64,000 nt of DNA from Convolutriloba macropyga (GCF_964194025.1 NC_134472.1:11470001-11534000), one strand, 5' to 3'. Positions 47,318 through 61,410 are shown, counted from the first letter of the stretch. The notes: generated from the sequence alone by a model not told the origin. Made by a program: numbers and translations.

Positions 47318-49616
47318 GTTGAGAAAGGCCTGCACCTTTTGAGAAAGGCTGCACCTTTTGTGTCATGAAGAAAACATCATATCAATCAAAAATAAAACAC
47401 TTGCCTGCCCACTATTTACAAGAAGAGAGACAATAAATGAACGAAAGCCGCACAACCAGCGTCCTTTTAAGAATTCTCAAAGAATACATAGCAATGCTAC
47501 CCGTTTTATCTATTCCTGTAAGTCCTTATCAGAACAAGATTTGTAGAGTTTCTCCGAGGGCACTCATTCCCAAACTTCCCAAACAACACAGCTTCAAACG
47601 CATCTCATTGAGACTGAACAAAAATCTAAAACAAAATCGACTTCTCAGCTCTACAGGGACTGTATTCTAGGCAAAAAGACGCTTCAAGGCAAAACTCCGA
47701 ACAAGAAGACAAAACAAACAACTTGATGCCTCCAGCGCTGAGCTTTTTGCTTCAGATGACAGCAAGGCAAAAAACTACCTGATTATAATGTCCCAAAACA
47801 TTTTCCTCTCAAGAACAATTTCTGCACAATTGAAAAGAGATAATTTTGAGAAAGGAGACAAACTGATACTTTTCACACACTTTCTAGATTTCGAACTTTT
47901 GACGGCTGAAGAAGGACTCAACAAGGCACCACTAACCTCTAGTGCGAAGCATTCCCCTCAATGTAACCTCAGTGCGCCACCTCAGTGCGGCAGTGGCCGA
48001 TGAGATTTTGAACTCCAGTTCTATAACACTTGTGAGCTGGAGCATTTCAGATGAGAGAACACTTACTCCTAATCATTTCCTGCGCAGATTATACATCTGT
48101 TTAAAACCGCTTGTGAGCTACAACTAGCGTTACTCCACTAAAAACTTGTGGTAGCATTGAAATCATGAGCCAAAAGAAAATGACATTCTGTGGGTACCCA
48201 AGACTTCACACCGCAAAGAATTTGGCCTCGTGGGAAAATTGTGAAAACATACAGAGGTGCAGACGGAATACCAAGGAGCTTCAACATCCAGAAAGCTAGA
48301 GAATTGGTTCAAAGACCAGCAATAACTCTCAGCCATATAATCTCACAATTCCGGAGTGTAACTGAAGCAAGTTCACTGAACGAGAAAAAAACCTAAATTC
48401 TGAAACGAACTTCTGTGCTGTATTTTATTTGTGTTTACATGTTCACCTCAATTGTCGATTTTATGTTGCTGAGAGTTTACAGGAACCAATTTGGTTTATA
48501 CTTTTGTATCCCACAAAACCCTTTTATTTTTGTTAAATCAGATTTTGATTTTCTGAATGATGTTGATTTTCTTGAGGAAGTTGGAAGTGGGTGACCTTCA
48601 TTTTCAAATATAATTTTAGTATGGGATTTCCCGTCTCTGACCAGTATTTGTGCGCAAATGGCGCAAGTTGTGATGTATTTATAGAGCTTGCTTTACACCC
48701 CCTGGCGCGACCCTCAGGAATCAAAATACTGCTGCAAAGTCGATTTGCAATGCAAATCTTAGGCTGAAGAGCCTAAATAATACCTACTTCTCCACCATTT
48801 GAAGACCCTGTCAAGTCTGATTTACATTTCGCAACGAAATTGTGCGCAGCTGTTGAAAAATGTTTTTAAACCACTGCTATTCAACGCTAGTGTTCTTCGT
48901 TACAAGTGATTTTGTGAGGGAACGAAGAAGTTTGCATCTTTTTACATTATTGTATCTATTAATTTAACGTGCAAGTGCTAAAGACAGAACACTTACATCC
49001 GAGACCACTGGTGCGTTTGGGATGTGGGATTATTTTTTGATATTCTTCTATTGACTCTGGACTGTTTCTGATGTCGTCTGTAATAAATTTTGGTCAGAAA
49101 TGCCGTGATGCTGACTGTGAAGTTTTTTCTCTAGAACGCTTTCAATTAGTTTTGTTGTAGACGGTCTCGTACTTCCAATAAAAACGAGCAATTAGTTGTT
49201 GCAAATGTTTAAAATCTTATTGCCAAAAGCTGGTGTAAAAAACCAGCTGTCAGAGGACTATAAAATGTGGCAAAATGCTTTAAGGAGAATGTATTTATTA
49301 AAGATAATGTATTTTGTAGCTGTACCTTTTGATAAAGACAACCGATTTTGTGTCATGAAGAAAACATCATATCAATCAAAAATAAAACACTTGCCTGCCC
49401 ACTATTTACAAGAAGAGAGACAATAAATGACAATATAATTCTCAAACTTGGGGATATAAACAGAACTTTACTTTATGTGAAAAAACAAGATCTCAACGCA
49501 AAAAAACTACCAAAGATTACGAACGAAAGCCGCACAACCAGCGTCCTTTTAAGTATTCTCAAAGAATACATAGCTATGCTACCCGTTTTATCTATTCCTG
49601 TAAGTACTTATCAGAA
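46086..49616 (+). repeat. Tandem duplication of the BEL/Pao 3' end plus flank; the first copy is internally deleted
   Basis: 46086-47317 matches 47587-48807; 47356-47440 matches 49346-49430; 47441-47534 matches 49523-49616. Confidence 0.9.
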
Positions 49617-49689
49617 TTTAAATTTGTTATGATGCCTATTTTTGAAGGTTCCGGGATCTAAGAAAACATATTGCGCGCTTAGAAAACTT

Positions 49690-51780
49690 CTGTAGGTCAG
49701 CTTGCAAGCGATTTTTGCGCTCCTCACGCGCGTTTGATTGATTGGTCTATAATTGATCAGTTCAATATCAAGCTGACAAATGGCGATGATTTCTGACGCA
49801 ATACTTACTTCAAAAGGAAACCTGTTGTTGAGCAGGCCAAAAAGTTACCCGAACTATTAACTTACATCGTAATATTAGTTAACAGTAGCTCTGTTGCCTT
49901 GTTCAAAAACTGCAATTAGCAGTTTAAAAGAGAAAAAAGTTTCAAACACTTACCGAACTGGTGTGATATTAGTTAACAGCAGCTCTGTTGCCTTGTTCAA
50001 AAACTGCAATTAGCAATTTGAAACAGTAAAAATTTTCAAACACTTACCGAACTGGTGTGAAAATATACAAATTTTTTAAACGAGAAAACACAAGATCATG
50101 AACCCAAAATTAGAATCTAGACAGAAACAAAATTTCAGAAATGGTCATTTTAACATATAACGAACTTCTGAAAAACAATCAAATTACAGACCCGTTTCAT
50201 AATTGATGTGAAATTTTATTATTTGTAAACAAATTAACTTTAAATTTATCCTTACCCGACGATGCTAGATATAGCGTTGTGTAAATGTAGTTTGTAAATA
50301 TAGTTTTATGATTGAACTAGTCCTTTATTTTTTGGCAAAATTATCGTTTTTCAGATTAATTGATTACTTGTATTAATGCGATTTGGTGAAGAAAATTGAG
50401 GAAAATATAAAACAAGAGCGTACGCGAGTGAAAGGGGAGTCCTTGTGTAGTACGAGTTAATGTAAGTACTGCAGCAACCGTTTGTTATAAGGTTAACATT
50501 CAAACTTAGACGTAAAAGTCTTTCTTATCGTTAAAAATTCGGAAACTGCGCATCACTCCACCATAAAGATTGTGTTTCGGGGATACTAACTACAGGTGGT
50601 TTTGATCTACAAGCCACTGAAAATTGATGGAAAACTTACGTTCAACAAAAACATATCTTAAGGAAATAATGTCCCGAAAACTGGTCTTCAGGTATTAAGA
50701 ATCAGACAATTGGAAAAATTTTAAATGAATTTAAAAACAACGCAAAAACAACAGTAGAGGGCCAGTCGCAATTCAGCTAAACCGGAATGAGATACCCAAA
50801 CTTTTGCTTCAAAATAGAGGCCAATTAGGCATCAGACAAAAAGAAAGATTTACGGATTCTAGGGGGATCTACACAACATGGAAATTCAGACGCATCCACA
50901 CATCACAAAAGTCTAATTTTTTTGATCAGCGTCTTAAATTGAAATCGAAATGACTTTTAGTGCATGCAATCTCACCTATGTTGAAGAAACGTGTAGACAT
51001 ATTATCACGCCGTTGGCAGGGTATCAATAGTAGCCTGAACTGTATATCAGTATGCAAGCGCATGTTGACCCTCACGCGGGTTTGATTGGGGTAAAAATGG
51101 CCAGTCCAAGTTTAAGCTCACAGAAGCCTATGATTCTTGATGAATTACTTATAGCACAACGGAAGCCTTTGTTGAACAGGCGCAATGATTACTGAAACTA
51201 TGAACTTACATTGTAATATTAGTTATTAGTAGTTATGATGCCTTGTTCGAACATTACTCTTAGCAACTTAAAACATTGAAAACATCCGAACACTTACAGA
51301 ATTGATGTGAAACTATAGAAAACTTTTAAACGATAAAATACAAGTTCACGAATCCAAATATAAGATATATATGAAAAACAAATGTCAGAAACTTTCACTT
51401 TAACTAAAAACAATCTTCCGAAAAACATTTAATTTACTGCCTTGTTTCGTAATTGATATTTAAATCCTTTTATCTGAAAATAAATTGACAATAGGCTACA
51501 TTTTACCCAATGATGCTGGATATTATGGAAACGTTCTCAAAAACGCTTTCAAAATTGACTCAGTCCTTTATTATTTTTGGCAAAATTATCATTCTTCGAA
51601 TTAGTTGATTAGTTCCATTAATGAGATTTAGTGAACGCAATTGAGAAGGATAAAAAACGAGAGCGTACGAGGGAAAATCGGGGAGTATTTTGTAGCGCAA
51701 ATTCAAGTAAGTATTGCGGCCGTAAACCGAGTGTTTGTTATACCGGAAGCAATCAAAACGTAAACTTTAAAAGCTTTCTC
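49690..51780 (+). repeat. Old diverged direct repeat (~49690-50525 vs ~51045-51780) containing a young ~95-bp tandem duplication
   Basis: Colinear similarity of roughly 70% by eye (e.g. CCTCACGCG-GTTTGATTG, AGTCCTTTATT-TTTGGCAAAATTATC, GAGCGTACG). Near-identical sub-duplication ~49873-49967 / ~49968-50060. Confidence 0.8.
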
Positions 51781-52779
51781 AAAGGAACAGTAAGTCTCCA
51801 CAGTGAAACAACACAGCACCATCCTTAATTTTACCACAAATACGCATTGTATCTTTATCTTACAGCAATATGATATGCCCTAAGAGCCTCTTCCGAAGGT
51901 AGAATTAGTAAAATAACAATTAAAATTCTAACCTCGCCTCGTGCCGCACAACAACACATTTCTCCGAGCTCAAATTGCTAATTTACATATTAGACTGCAG
52001 TTTTTTATTGGTCATCTTAATTACAAGTAAGAGTTCCCTTTATTTTATATTTCGTATTACAAGACTTATTAGTTAGTTAAACTAAACTCTATTAAAGTTT
52101 GTTTAATAATATCTTTTCAAATTTGTCTGATAAAATGGCTTTTTACTAAACAATTACATACTATACGTATGAGATATCTTATACCCAAGCTTGCAACAAC
52201 AAGCTCTCTACTGGTAGTCGACTTACAAGTCCATGAATTAGAATCCGGAAAAATCAACATTCTTTTTCTCCCTGATGAACGAATTCAGCACTTCCACAAA
52301 ATCGTCCCAATCGATGAAAAAACATGCGCATTGTTCTTTTTCTGGGCGATAAGGATTTGCCTGACAGAAGTGATCAATTTGAAGCTGATATAAATAAAAT
52401 TCAAACTATTTAAAAAATTGGCTAAAAATTTCCATAAGATTATCTGCGCGAGTTGAAAATTTATCCGGAAGTTAGCTGGAAAAGAAATATACTAAATTTA
52501 ATTGGTACCGAAAAACTATAGATCAAGTTCATCTAACGGCAGCGGAATCAATCAACTGAAGGACTTAATTATAACATGTGGTTGAAGGATTGAGTACCAC
52601 AGTTCTGGAAAATAGAAGTATGATTCAAGTTACTTAGAGAAAACGAATTGAAATCCCGGGAAATATATAAAAGTAAATCATTTTCATTTTGAAAAAAAAA
52701 CTATGAGAGTACGCCGGAACCCAGAAAAAGCAAGAACAAAACAAATGCACAAAAAACTAGAACTTCTTGTTCAAGTTGT

Positions 52780-53160
52780 GCAAGCAAAAATAGCAAAAAC
52801 AATTTTTTTTGCTGTTATTTTCAGAAAAGAATATGCCTAAAAGCCGAGTGTGTTGGATTTTATAGATTTGTTTTGACATCCCATTTAACACGATCAAACG
52901 TTAATTCATTTTGGCATCGAGTGCGCTAGAAAATGAGTAATAGGACACCAAATGATGAACATTCTGAAAATACTGCTCTCGAAGATACTCTCAACGAACT
53001 CCACAAAAGATCCAGAAAACTTCATATAACAGAGAGCAATTTAAATATGAAATTGAAGTGCAAGAAAAGAATAAAAATCCCAAATGAAAATTGGAGTTGG
53101 AGCTAGCAACTCAGGAAAAGGGTATACAACTTCTAATAAAACACCCTTGTATATCGACTT
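52780..53160 (+). mobile_element. Possible degenerate LINE apurinic-type endonuclease fragment
   Basis: RTPNDEH...LEDTLNELHKRSRKLHITESNLN resembles the YRPP...I.GDFN motif and is followed by QLLIKHP. Heavily decayed. Confidence 0.4.
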
Positions 53161-54036
53161 AGTGGAATATATGCGTCAAAAGTCTTTCGAAAAATGCAAG
53201 AGGACAATTACCAGGTAATACTCGTTTACTCGAGAACGTTAACAATGAAGTAAGAAAAAAACAAAGTTTGACTGACTTGTAAAGTATAATTCAGAATAAT
53301 TAATGAAAGATTGATCCTTAAGCACGCAGCCAGAGAACTTATTGAAGATCCTATGATCAAATTGCTCAGCCGTTTGAAAGTCTACAATAACAATGATGGA
53401 TGATCGAAACAACAATGATTGAAACAACAACGTTTTTGAGAAATAACTGCACGTCAACCCCGCCTAAGGGATCTACGCATAGCAGAAATTGAGTAGTAGG
53501 GACTGACTAAAAAACTTCTCAACCAAACAAAAACTTAGTAGAGAATGTGTATATAAAATATGGAAAATGTTTATGTTATGTAGACTTACGGGAATAAAAA
53601 TATGGAAAAAAATTTTGAGCAATCATTCTTTAACCGCTACAAAAACAGGGGAAAAATGTACATGGCGCATCATATGCAAATGTGGAAGTTGCAATAGCAA
53701 TCAGAAACTAAAAAAGTTGGAAAAATGATTGGGCGTCAATCCCTGAAAAACGAATTTCAAATCGGAATCTACTACTAGTACTACTTAAATTGCCAAGCTT
53801 CTTGAAAACCTATAATAAAAATGATAGATCAGTTTATATGAACCCCGAATTTTCTACCGAATACGTTGAAAAAACCAAGCATTTTTAAAAACAAGTGAAA
53901 AAATCACCAGTGGCTTAGATCCAAAGTTTCTGTGTATTCGACATCTTGAATCTGAAAAAAAAGAAGTTGATACTTGAGTTATCATGCCAAATGTAATCGA
54001 TGACGGTGACCAGCCAAATACATGTTGACTACTCCA

Positions 54037-54291
54037 GAAAGGCACATAGAAGCTAACTTTCAGTGCTCAAAGTATGTTAGATCAAAACAGACGATTAAGT
54101 TTTGCTAATAGGTTATTACTTTGCGATTATGACATAGTGTTTGCATGAAGTATAAAAATAGAAAAAAAGCTTCATACACACACTATGTCATAATCACAAG
54201 TTATAAGAATATTAGCGAAATTTGTTCATTTGTTTGGATCTACAGAACTTGAGCATTGAAAACTAGCTTCCTTGTGCTATATGTGCCTTTC
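54037..54291. repeat. Foldback palindrome (MITE-like), ~110-bp imperfect arms
   Basis: GAAAGGCACATA...GATTATGACATAGTGT / ACACTATGTCATAATC...TATGTGCCTTTC around an A-rich loop at ~54150-54168. Confidence 0.85.
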
Positions 54292-54988
54292 ATCTATGAA
54301 ATCAACGTGACATTGTTCTTCAAGTTTCAGCAATTTTTCATGGAATGAAAATTACGCAGTCTGCAAGCAAAAAGAATTAGCTAAATTTTCCAAAATCAAA
54401 AGAAACTTTTTTCAAATTGTCAGTTTCAATCAAATCTAAATGTCGATCTAGGTTACGTTGTACCAATAACTTCTGACTGCTCTCAAGCATGCTTTTTAGG
54501 TAAAGTGCAAATGAAAGAAATTGATAAGATACAAAATTTGATGTTTGATTTTTATGAAGATTTAGGCAGACAAATTGTGTATATTTTTGAGATGTAACTT
54601 AGATTTTACTCTGAAGGTTAAAAAATTTTCCTTCAACACCGATAACACCGATAAAAATGTTTTGGTAACATCTTGAAGTACAAGATTTGTTTTTTATTTG
54701 TATGATATCTCTAAATTAATTCTTTGGATCCTAGCCACCTTCTGTCAGCCGCAAAGCAAATATAAAAATAAATTCAGTCAATTTTGATCTAAAAATTTTC
54801 CTAATTTTTCGCAACTACAACTTTTTCAAGGTTAGAATTGTACTTGATCTAAACTGGAGAACATTCTTTGCAAACTGCCCGCAAATCGAAAACTAAGACA
54901 CAATTTGATTGACTGAAACATGGTTGACAAATAAATAAAACTGATACACAATCTAACAATGAACGCTAAACGTAACGCGGATGAGTAC

Positions 54989-55080
54989 TATAGCGTGTCC
55001 CATAAAATTGAAATAAGCGACCGTTTCAAAAGCCACAGGTTAGAGTTCAAAGTTCAAAGTTCAAAGTTCAAATTTTAAAG
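54989..55080 (+). mobile_element. Half copy of the TATAGC-TGTCCCATAAA MITE, with an expanded TTCAAAG repeat
   Basis: Matches the left half of 36460-36670; no right TIR is visible. Confidence 0.75.
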
Positions 55081-55119
55081 CATTGCTTGAGCGTAGATCG
55101 TACATAAATTCAAATTATT

Positions 55120-55715
55120 TGTCGTACAGATTTCGTTTCTGTATTCGATGTGAAATAGCGATGCCAAAAAACAAGATGTATGGTTCTTATTTATATGCTA
55201 TTTCGCGGAGCGAATTCGCTATTAAATTTGCAATATGAGAATTCGTTTTTCTGAGTGTTAAAAACGCTTACAATTGGCGGCACGAGTGTAGCTATAATTT
55301 ATAGGTTTGTATTTCGCTTAGCGAATTACAACTATAAATTGCTTGAATAAATTGGAAAAATTAGTGGAGCGATTTTGAGAGTAATGAGAGGAAATTAAAC
55401 TTGAATTACGAATTGAGCAGAATGAGGAAATCAAAATTAATAAATTTGATCAACAATTTGATCACAACAAAATATCTCCAACGCGGCAACTCAAATCACA
55501 AGACTACTTGAACAAACAGGATTTTCAGACAAATTTTGTAAACAAATTAAATAAACGTGAAATATGAAGATTTGATCTTCAAACAAGAAATTAACAATGA
55601 AAATTTGAACTAAATTAAATCAAATGAACTAATTTAAAATAACTTTAAAATTAAACAGATTTGGTGTACGCAAATCAATAGCCCCGTTTTTAATGCAATG
55701 TCATACTATATCACA
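55120..55715 (-). repeat. 3' LTR (596 bp)
   Basis: Direct repeat of 61410-62006; TG...CA ends; preceded on the minus strand by a polypurine tract. Confidence 0.95.
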
Positions 55716-55725
55716 TTTCCCCCTT
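55716..55725 (-). promoter_or_regulatory. Polypurine tract (AAGGGGGAAA)
   Basis: Lies directly 5' of the 3' LTR on the minus strand. Confidence 0.85.
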
Positions 55726-55855
55726 GGCGAAAATAAACTACGAAGTGGTCTATCAGAAAATTAATAACATTTACTGATTACTATAATTAATACTTCAAAG
55801 TTTTAGCAAGTTTAATTTGAGTCACTTTCATATAATCTTTCAGCTTCGCCGACTG

Positions 55856-58800
55856 TCACGGACGTTTCTGGTCCCTCGTAGTTTGGTGAGATATAATACT
55901 GGTTTGGAAACGTCTGTACAGGGAACTTTGTCCTACTGTATAATCAGTTTCCATATCTTGGCTCTGAGCTGCTACTTTCTTGATTGATGATACAATTGAC
56001 TTATTTTTGATTGAAGTTTGTTTAATTATCTGCCTTCTTTTATTTCGTGAAGGTGCTGTAGATGAAGAAGTTGTTGGAGGGCATGTTTGGACAGACGCTA
56101 AAGATTCGCCTGATTCCGTGATTGACGGAGAAAATCTTTTTCGTTTTAATGGCTGTATTGCTGCAGATACTTTGGTAGCTGCTTTCCTTTTTGGTCTTGA
56201 GGGTGTCTCCGCAATTACTATTGATGTCACTGGGAGCTCAATTGGTGGCGCGAAATCACTTAGAATTTCTGAGGGTGGCTGTGGCGGTGCTGGTACTACT
56301 GATCTTTTGTGTTTGGTTGGCATTCTCACTCTCAGTGCTCGCGTAAAGTTAGAATGAATTGATGATACAGCACTGGCATCATCGGCGATCTTTCGATATT
56401 TCATCTTCTTATTTCCCTCTAACTTCTTCCTTGCCTCTTTTGCATGTTGGTTTATCAATTCTTCCGTTATTTTTCCGGAGGGTACTTTTGGTCTCCTGTT
56501 TGCTTAAATTTGGAGATCCGTTTGGCGCTATGCTTTAGTCCCGAATTTCGCCAAGTCAGAGTTGCGGATTGTGACTTCTCTTTTACCTGGTTCTTTGATA
56601 ATAGAAGTATATGAATCCGTCTTGACTACTGAAGAACCAGGTGCCAAGACCTCGTAAAGTCCATCAAGACTCTTCTTAGATCTTTTTGTTCTTGGTTTTT
56701 TCTTAGCTAATTTGACTGATAAGGATATTTCTGTCCGTGGCACTGGTAGACCAACATCAGGATGCGTTATCAATCTAGACTCCTTCTCTGGGCCGGCGTT
56801 CTTACTCCGGGTTGCATCTTTGCTTAGTTTGTCCTTGTTGATTTCCAGTTCAATGTCGCTTCTGGCGTCTACATCCCAATTTTCTTCAGAAATTAGCTCC
56901 TCCCAACGGACTGTCTCCAAATCTAAATATTTATTCAAAATACGTTTATACGTGAGGCTATTAGGGTCAGTTTCCGTTGAAATATTACTTAACGGAGTAT
57001 TAGCTTTTCTGCCGAAATGTGCTTCAAATGGTGATATATTTATTGTCTTTTGTCGACATATAAGTAGCTGGTAAATTTTAGAATTTATCGATGCTTTTAA
57101 GTTGAACTGCTTTCGCGCCGGCGTTTTAATACAAGCTAAACTATTCTTGATTGTTTGAATTAGCCTTTCAACGAGTCCAATTGCTCTGTGATCGTGTATT
57201 GGAACTTCAATTACTTGTATATTATTTTGACTACAAAATGCTTTAATTTGATTACCAGTTTGGCATTGCGCTTGGTCTAACCTAATTGAACTTGGTATTC
57301 CGTGTAGCAAAACATATTTTTGAAGAAATTTTAAAATGTTGTCTGCGTTAGCTCTATCAAATACCTCCGCTGTCGGAAATTTAGAAGATCGGTCTATACA
57401 TGCAAGAAAGTAAATTTTTAATTTTTTTTCATTATGAATGGGTTCGCCAAAGTCAATTTGAATTTCTTCATTTGGTACTTTGCATAAATTTAATGGTGCC
57501 TATTTGTTAGCAGGAATAATAGACTTTAAATTTTTACGATTTTGCCACAGGGATTGCACTTTGCTGTTTTTGTTTTTTTGTCCCGATGCATGTATGGCCA
57601 CCATGCATGTGTCGCCATGTCTGTCATTCCCCAGCTGCCTGAGGGTGTTGCGTGAATGGCCTCCGCGTAGGCTTCTTTAATCGAATGTGGTATGGCTATC
57701 CTGTCATCGATACACACGCATCCATTCTTGACGTGCATGTCCTTCCAGAAAGTATGAATGTACGGTGAAATCTGCTTACATCTATCCTCATTTTCCGTCA
57801 GAATGCAGTCTCTTATCTCTTTAAAAATTGCGTCCTTGGTTGTCAGGCTGGCCATTAGAGTGCTGGAGAAAATTTTTGATAGCGCAAAATTGAAGGCATC
57901 TGTGTACAGGTCATCTGTAGAAGGCGAGATGACCGTTGTGGTGTCGGTGTTGTGTGTTGAGGGTGTTGTCGGTACTGCGGGAGCCGTTGATGGACCTGCC
58001 TCGTCCTCGAATCTGACCCTTGAGGGTATTGACTGCATTACTTGCATTATGGTTTCGTCATCGGATTTGGACATCATGAGTACGTTTTGAAATTTGTTTG
58101 CAATTTTTTGAAAATTATTCAAATTGTTGGGCAACTGATTTGCAGAACGATTCAAGGCAAAAAGCGAGTGCGGAATGTTGGTTGTCTCGATTTGGGGATT
58201 AGAATTTGAGTTATTTGGTGCTAATTTGCTAATCGTGTTATCATATTCCGTAATCGCAGAATATTCTGGATTTCGCGGTGCGAATTCACTGCCTAATTTG
58301 TTAATGGAATTTGAAGTATTTGAGACTTGTTTTAGAAGTGGATTTCGCGCTGCAAAATCGATGTAGTTCTCTGCATTTAATAAGAAGCGTTTCGCGCCGC
58401 GCTTAATCACATCCAATTTAGCAACTATGAATTGTTCGTCATATGCAGATATATTAACAGCTTTTTGTTTTGGGTCGCGAGATATATAATCAACAAGTCC
58501 CATTTTTTAACCGGTTAGATGATCGATCGTGAAATCAAAAGGTAGTAGTCTATCTACTCAACGTGTTAGACGACTATTGTAGGATTTATTAGCTCTATTT
58601 TCTCTCATAATCGAAAGTAGAGCCCTGTGATCAGTTATTACGGTGAATGTTTCGCCATATAAATAATATTTGAAATGTTCGATATACCAAACAACACCCA
58701 ACAACTCGAGTTCGTTGATGCTATATCTATCTTCTACAGAATTTAACAATCGCGATGCAAATGCCACGGTGTGCTAACCGTTGGCGGTTCGTTGTTCTAA

Positions 58801-60220
58801 TGCACAACCCAAACCAATACGTGAAGCTTCGCATATGTGTTTCTAAGTCCGGAATAAAATGCTTATTTTCAGTTGTTTCAGCAATCTTTGCTTTTATCAA
58901 TTTGAATTGTTCTTCGTGGTCATCGGTCCAAATAAGTTTCGTATTTTTCTTAAGTAGTGGTCTAAGTGGAAAACATAATTGTGACAGATTAGGAATAAAA
59001 TTGCCCAGATGATGAACGGATCCCATAAATAATCGGAGCATTTTAGGTTTGTAGGTGAAGATAATTGCTGCATCTATTTTATTCGATAACGGTGTTATGC
59101 CTGTTTGAGTGATGCTATGTCCAAGCCATTCAATTTCATCTTTTGCAAAATGACATTCTGCGAGATTAATTCGAAGATTTTCTTGATCTAATTTTATCAG
59201 ACATTTTCGAACAAGATCGAGATGTTGTTCAATTCCACCTCTACTCACTATCAGTATATCGTCCAAAAAACAGAATGTAATAATTAGGCCGGCGAGTGTA
59301 CAATCAATTGCTTTCTGAAATTCGGCTGGCATATCCGTTAAACCGTAAAATCCCGTTTTAAACCGATAAGTGCCGGTCATAGCTCCGCCTACGAGATTGA
59401 AGTTGCAATGGCAGGCCGTATCACTGTGTAAATTTAATTGAATATACGCGTATTGCGAATCGAGTGTCGTGAAATAAGCTGTCTCTTGCGGCGCGGTTGA
59501 CAGTGTTTGTGAAGTCGTTTGAATTAGCGAATCGATATTTGGCATCTGATACTTGTTTTTGTGGATAGCTTTTTTCAAAATTTTGGAATCTAATGCTATT
59601 TTGATTGATTGATCCTTTTTGATTGTAATAACTATCGGAGATATGAAAAACTGATCAGAGCAGTTTGTTAATTTTTCAATATGTCCTTCATTCAACAATT
59701 TTTCGAGGTCGATGTTTACTTTTGTTTGGAGATGAATTGGCACTTTCCTCCCTTTTTGATGCATGACTCGATAATTTCGGTGAAATTTTGAACTGAATGT
59801 ATGATTTTTCGATTTTCCTATTCGTGAGATTAGAACAGGAAATTCCTTTGCAAGCGATTTTTTTTATCGCACAAGGTGTTTCTATGTTGTTGATTTCTAT
59901 ATTTGGGCAGGGCGTTTGTTATACCCAATAGATCAAAAAGATCCTAGAATAGGTCTGAATCCGTCTGCTGCTACCGTGATTTTCGCTTTTTGAATTTTCC
60001 AATCATTACATCGAACTGGCGTTTTTAGAGTTCCTAGAGTTTCCACTATGTTGTTCGAAAAAGACTTTAATTCTAGTGGTTTTTTCTCGAACCATTGTGA
60101 CTGCGCACAATTAAACATTATTTCTCTAGCGAGGGACATATTGATAATAGTACAACTACTACCAGAATCATGTAGCAAATGACAGTCTGTATTTCCAATT
60201 GTTATCGTCATATTTTGCAC
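55856..60220 (-). pseudogene. gypsy pol (PR-RT-RH-INT plus long C-terminal tail), fragmented
   Basis: ORF pieces 59933-60220, 58727-59764, 58558-58767, 57526-58503, 56528-57310 and 55856-56458. Confidence 0.92.
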
Positions 60221-60299
60221 TGCAATTGGCGATGTGTCAATATTTTCTATTGTTGCTACATAATTGTCGTCCGAAGAATCTTAATCAGAATGAAATTGT

Positions 60300-61410
60300 T
60301 CATTATAGATTATAAAACTAACATTTTGATTTTCAGAATGTGTGTTTTGTTATGATGTTTCCAAATTTTCTACATTGTTGATACGATTACCTTGACAAGA
60401 GTTTCTTAAATTTTTGAACTTTTTACGACATACTTGGCAAATTGGTTGAGCAAACCACAATGATTGCATTTCTTACCAGAGCATGGCAAAACTGACGATG
60501 TGTTGTTGTCCAAGCCTGACCTCATCCTCGACACTGACCAACCACTGCTCGATTGATTGCTACTCTCCCCGACTGACTTCCGCGTGCTTTCGCGCTGCGA
60601 AATCTATTGAAAGGTTGTATTGCATTTACCGTACTACCAGCTGCGCTGTTGTTGTTTGAAGAAATTCTTTGTTGATTCTGATGTCCCATTTCCATGTTTA
60701 CAGCTATACTAAGTTCTCTTTCCGGGTCAACTGTGTCGCGAAGGAGTGTCGTCGTCCAACATGTTTGTGATGAAGATATCTCTGATGATGACCTCTTCTC
60801 GATTTTCGTAGTCACAATTTTCAGCCAATTCTTTCAAAATACTGAAGAACTGCTCGATTGTTTCGCCTTTCTTCTGCTTTTTTGAGAAGAACACTTATCG
60901 ATCAAATGTGATATTTCTAGGGCGAATGGAAGCTATCTCCATCATTTCCCAGAGCTTGAGGGTAGTGAGATCGTAGATGTTATCATGTGGGAATTTTTGT
61001 GTTAGGAGGCGTCTTCCCTCTGTTCCGATGCTAAGATACAAAAGTGAAACACTTTTTTGGTCACAGAGATGCCATGGCCGTTCTCCGCATAAGACTCCCG
61101 CTTCCGTTATCTTTTGACATTTCAAGTCCCATTGGAGTTTCAATTGACTATTTCGTATTTGTCGATCTCTCTCTCTTTCCTCTGTCGCATCTTCAATTGC
61201 CATCTTGTACTTCGGTTCAGCTGGAAGTCGTACCATTGTTGGTTTCGGTTGGAGAAGTGTATCGAGTGTGATGTTTTCACGGGCAAGAATGGTAAGTTTT
61301 ACTTGAATACGCCACTTTTCCCATCTTATAGGAGGGTCCGAAGTTGGTCGTTCCCAAAATGGCTCTATCGACAACGGTGTTTTTCGAGATTCACGAGCTG
61401 ACTGCACCCT
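60300..61410 (-). pseudogene. gypsy gag, fragmented
   Basis: ORFs 60895-61464 and 60522-60815, followed by zinc-knuckle remnants (CRG...H..C; CNHCG). Confidence 0.88.
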
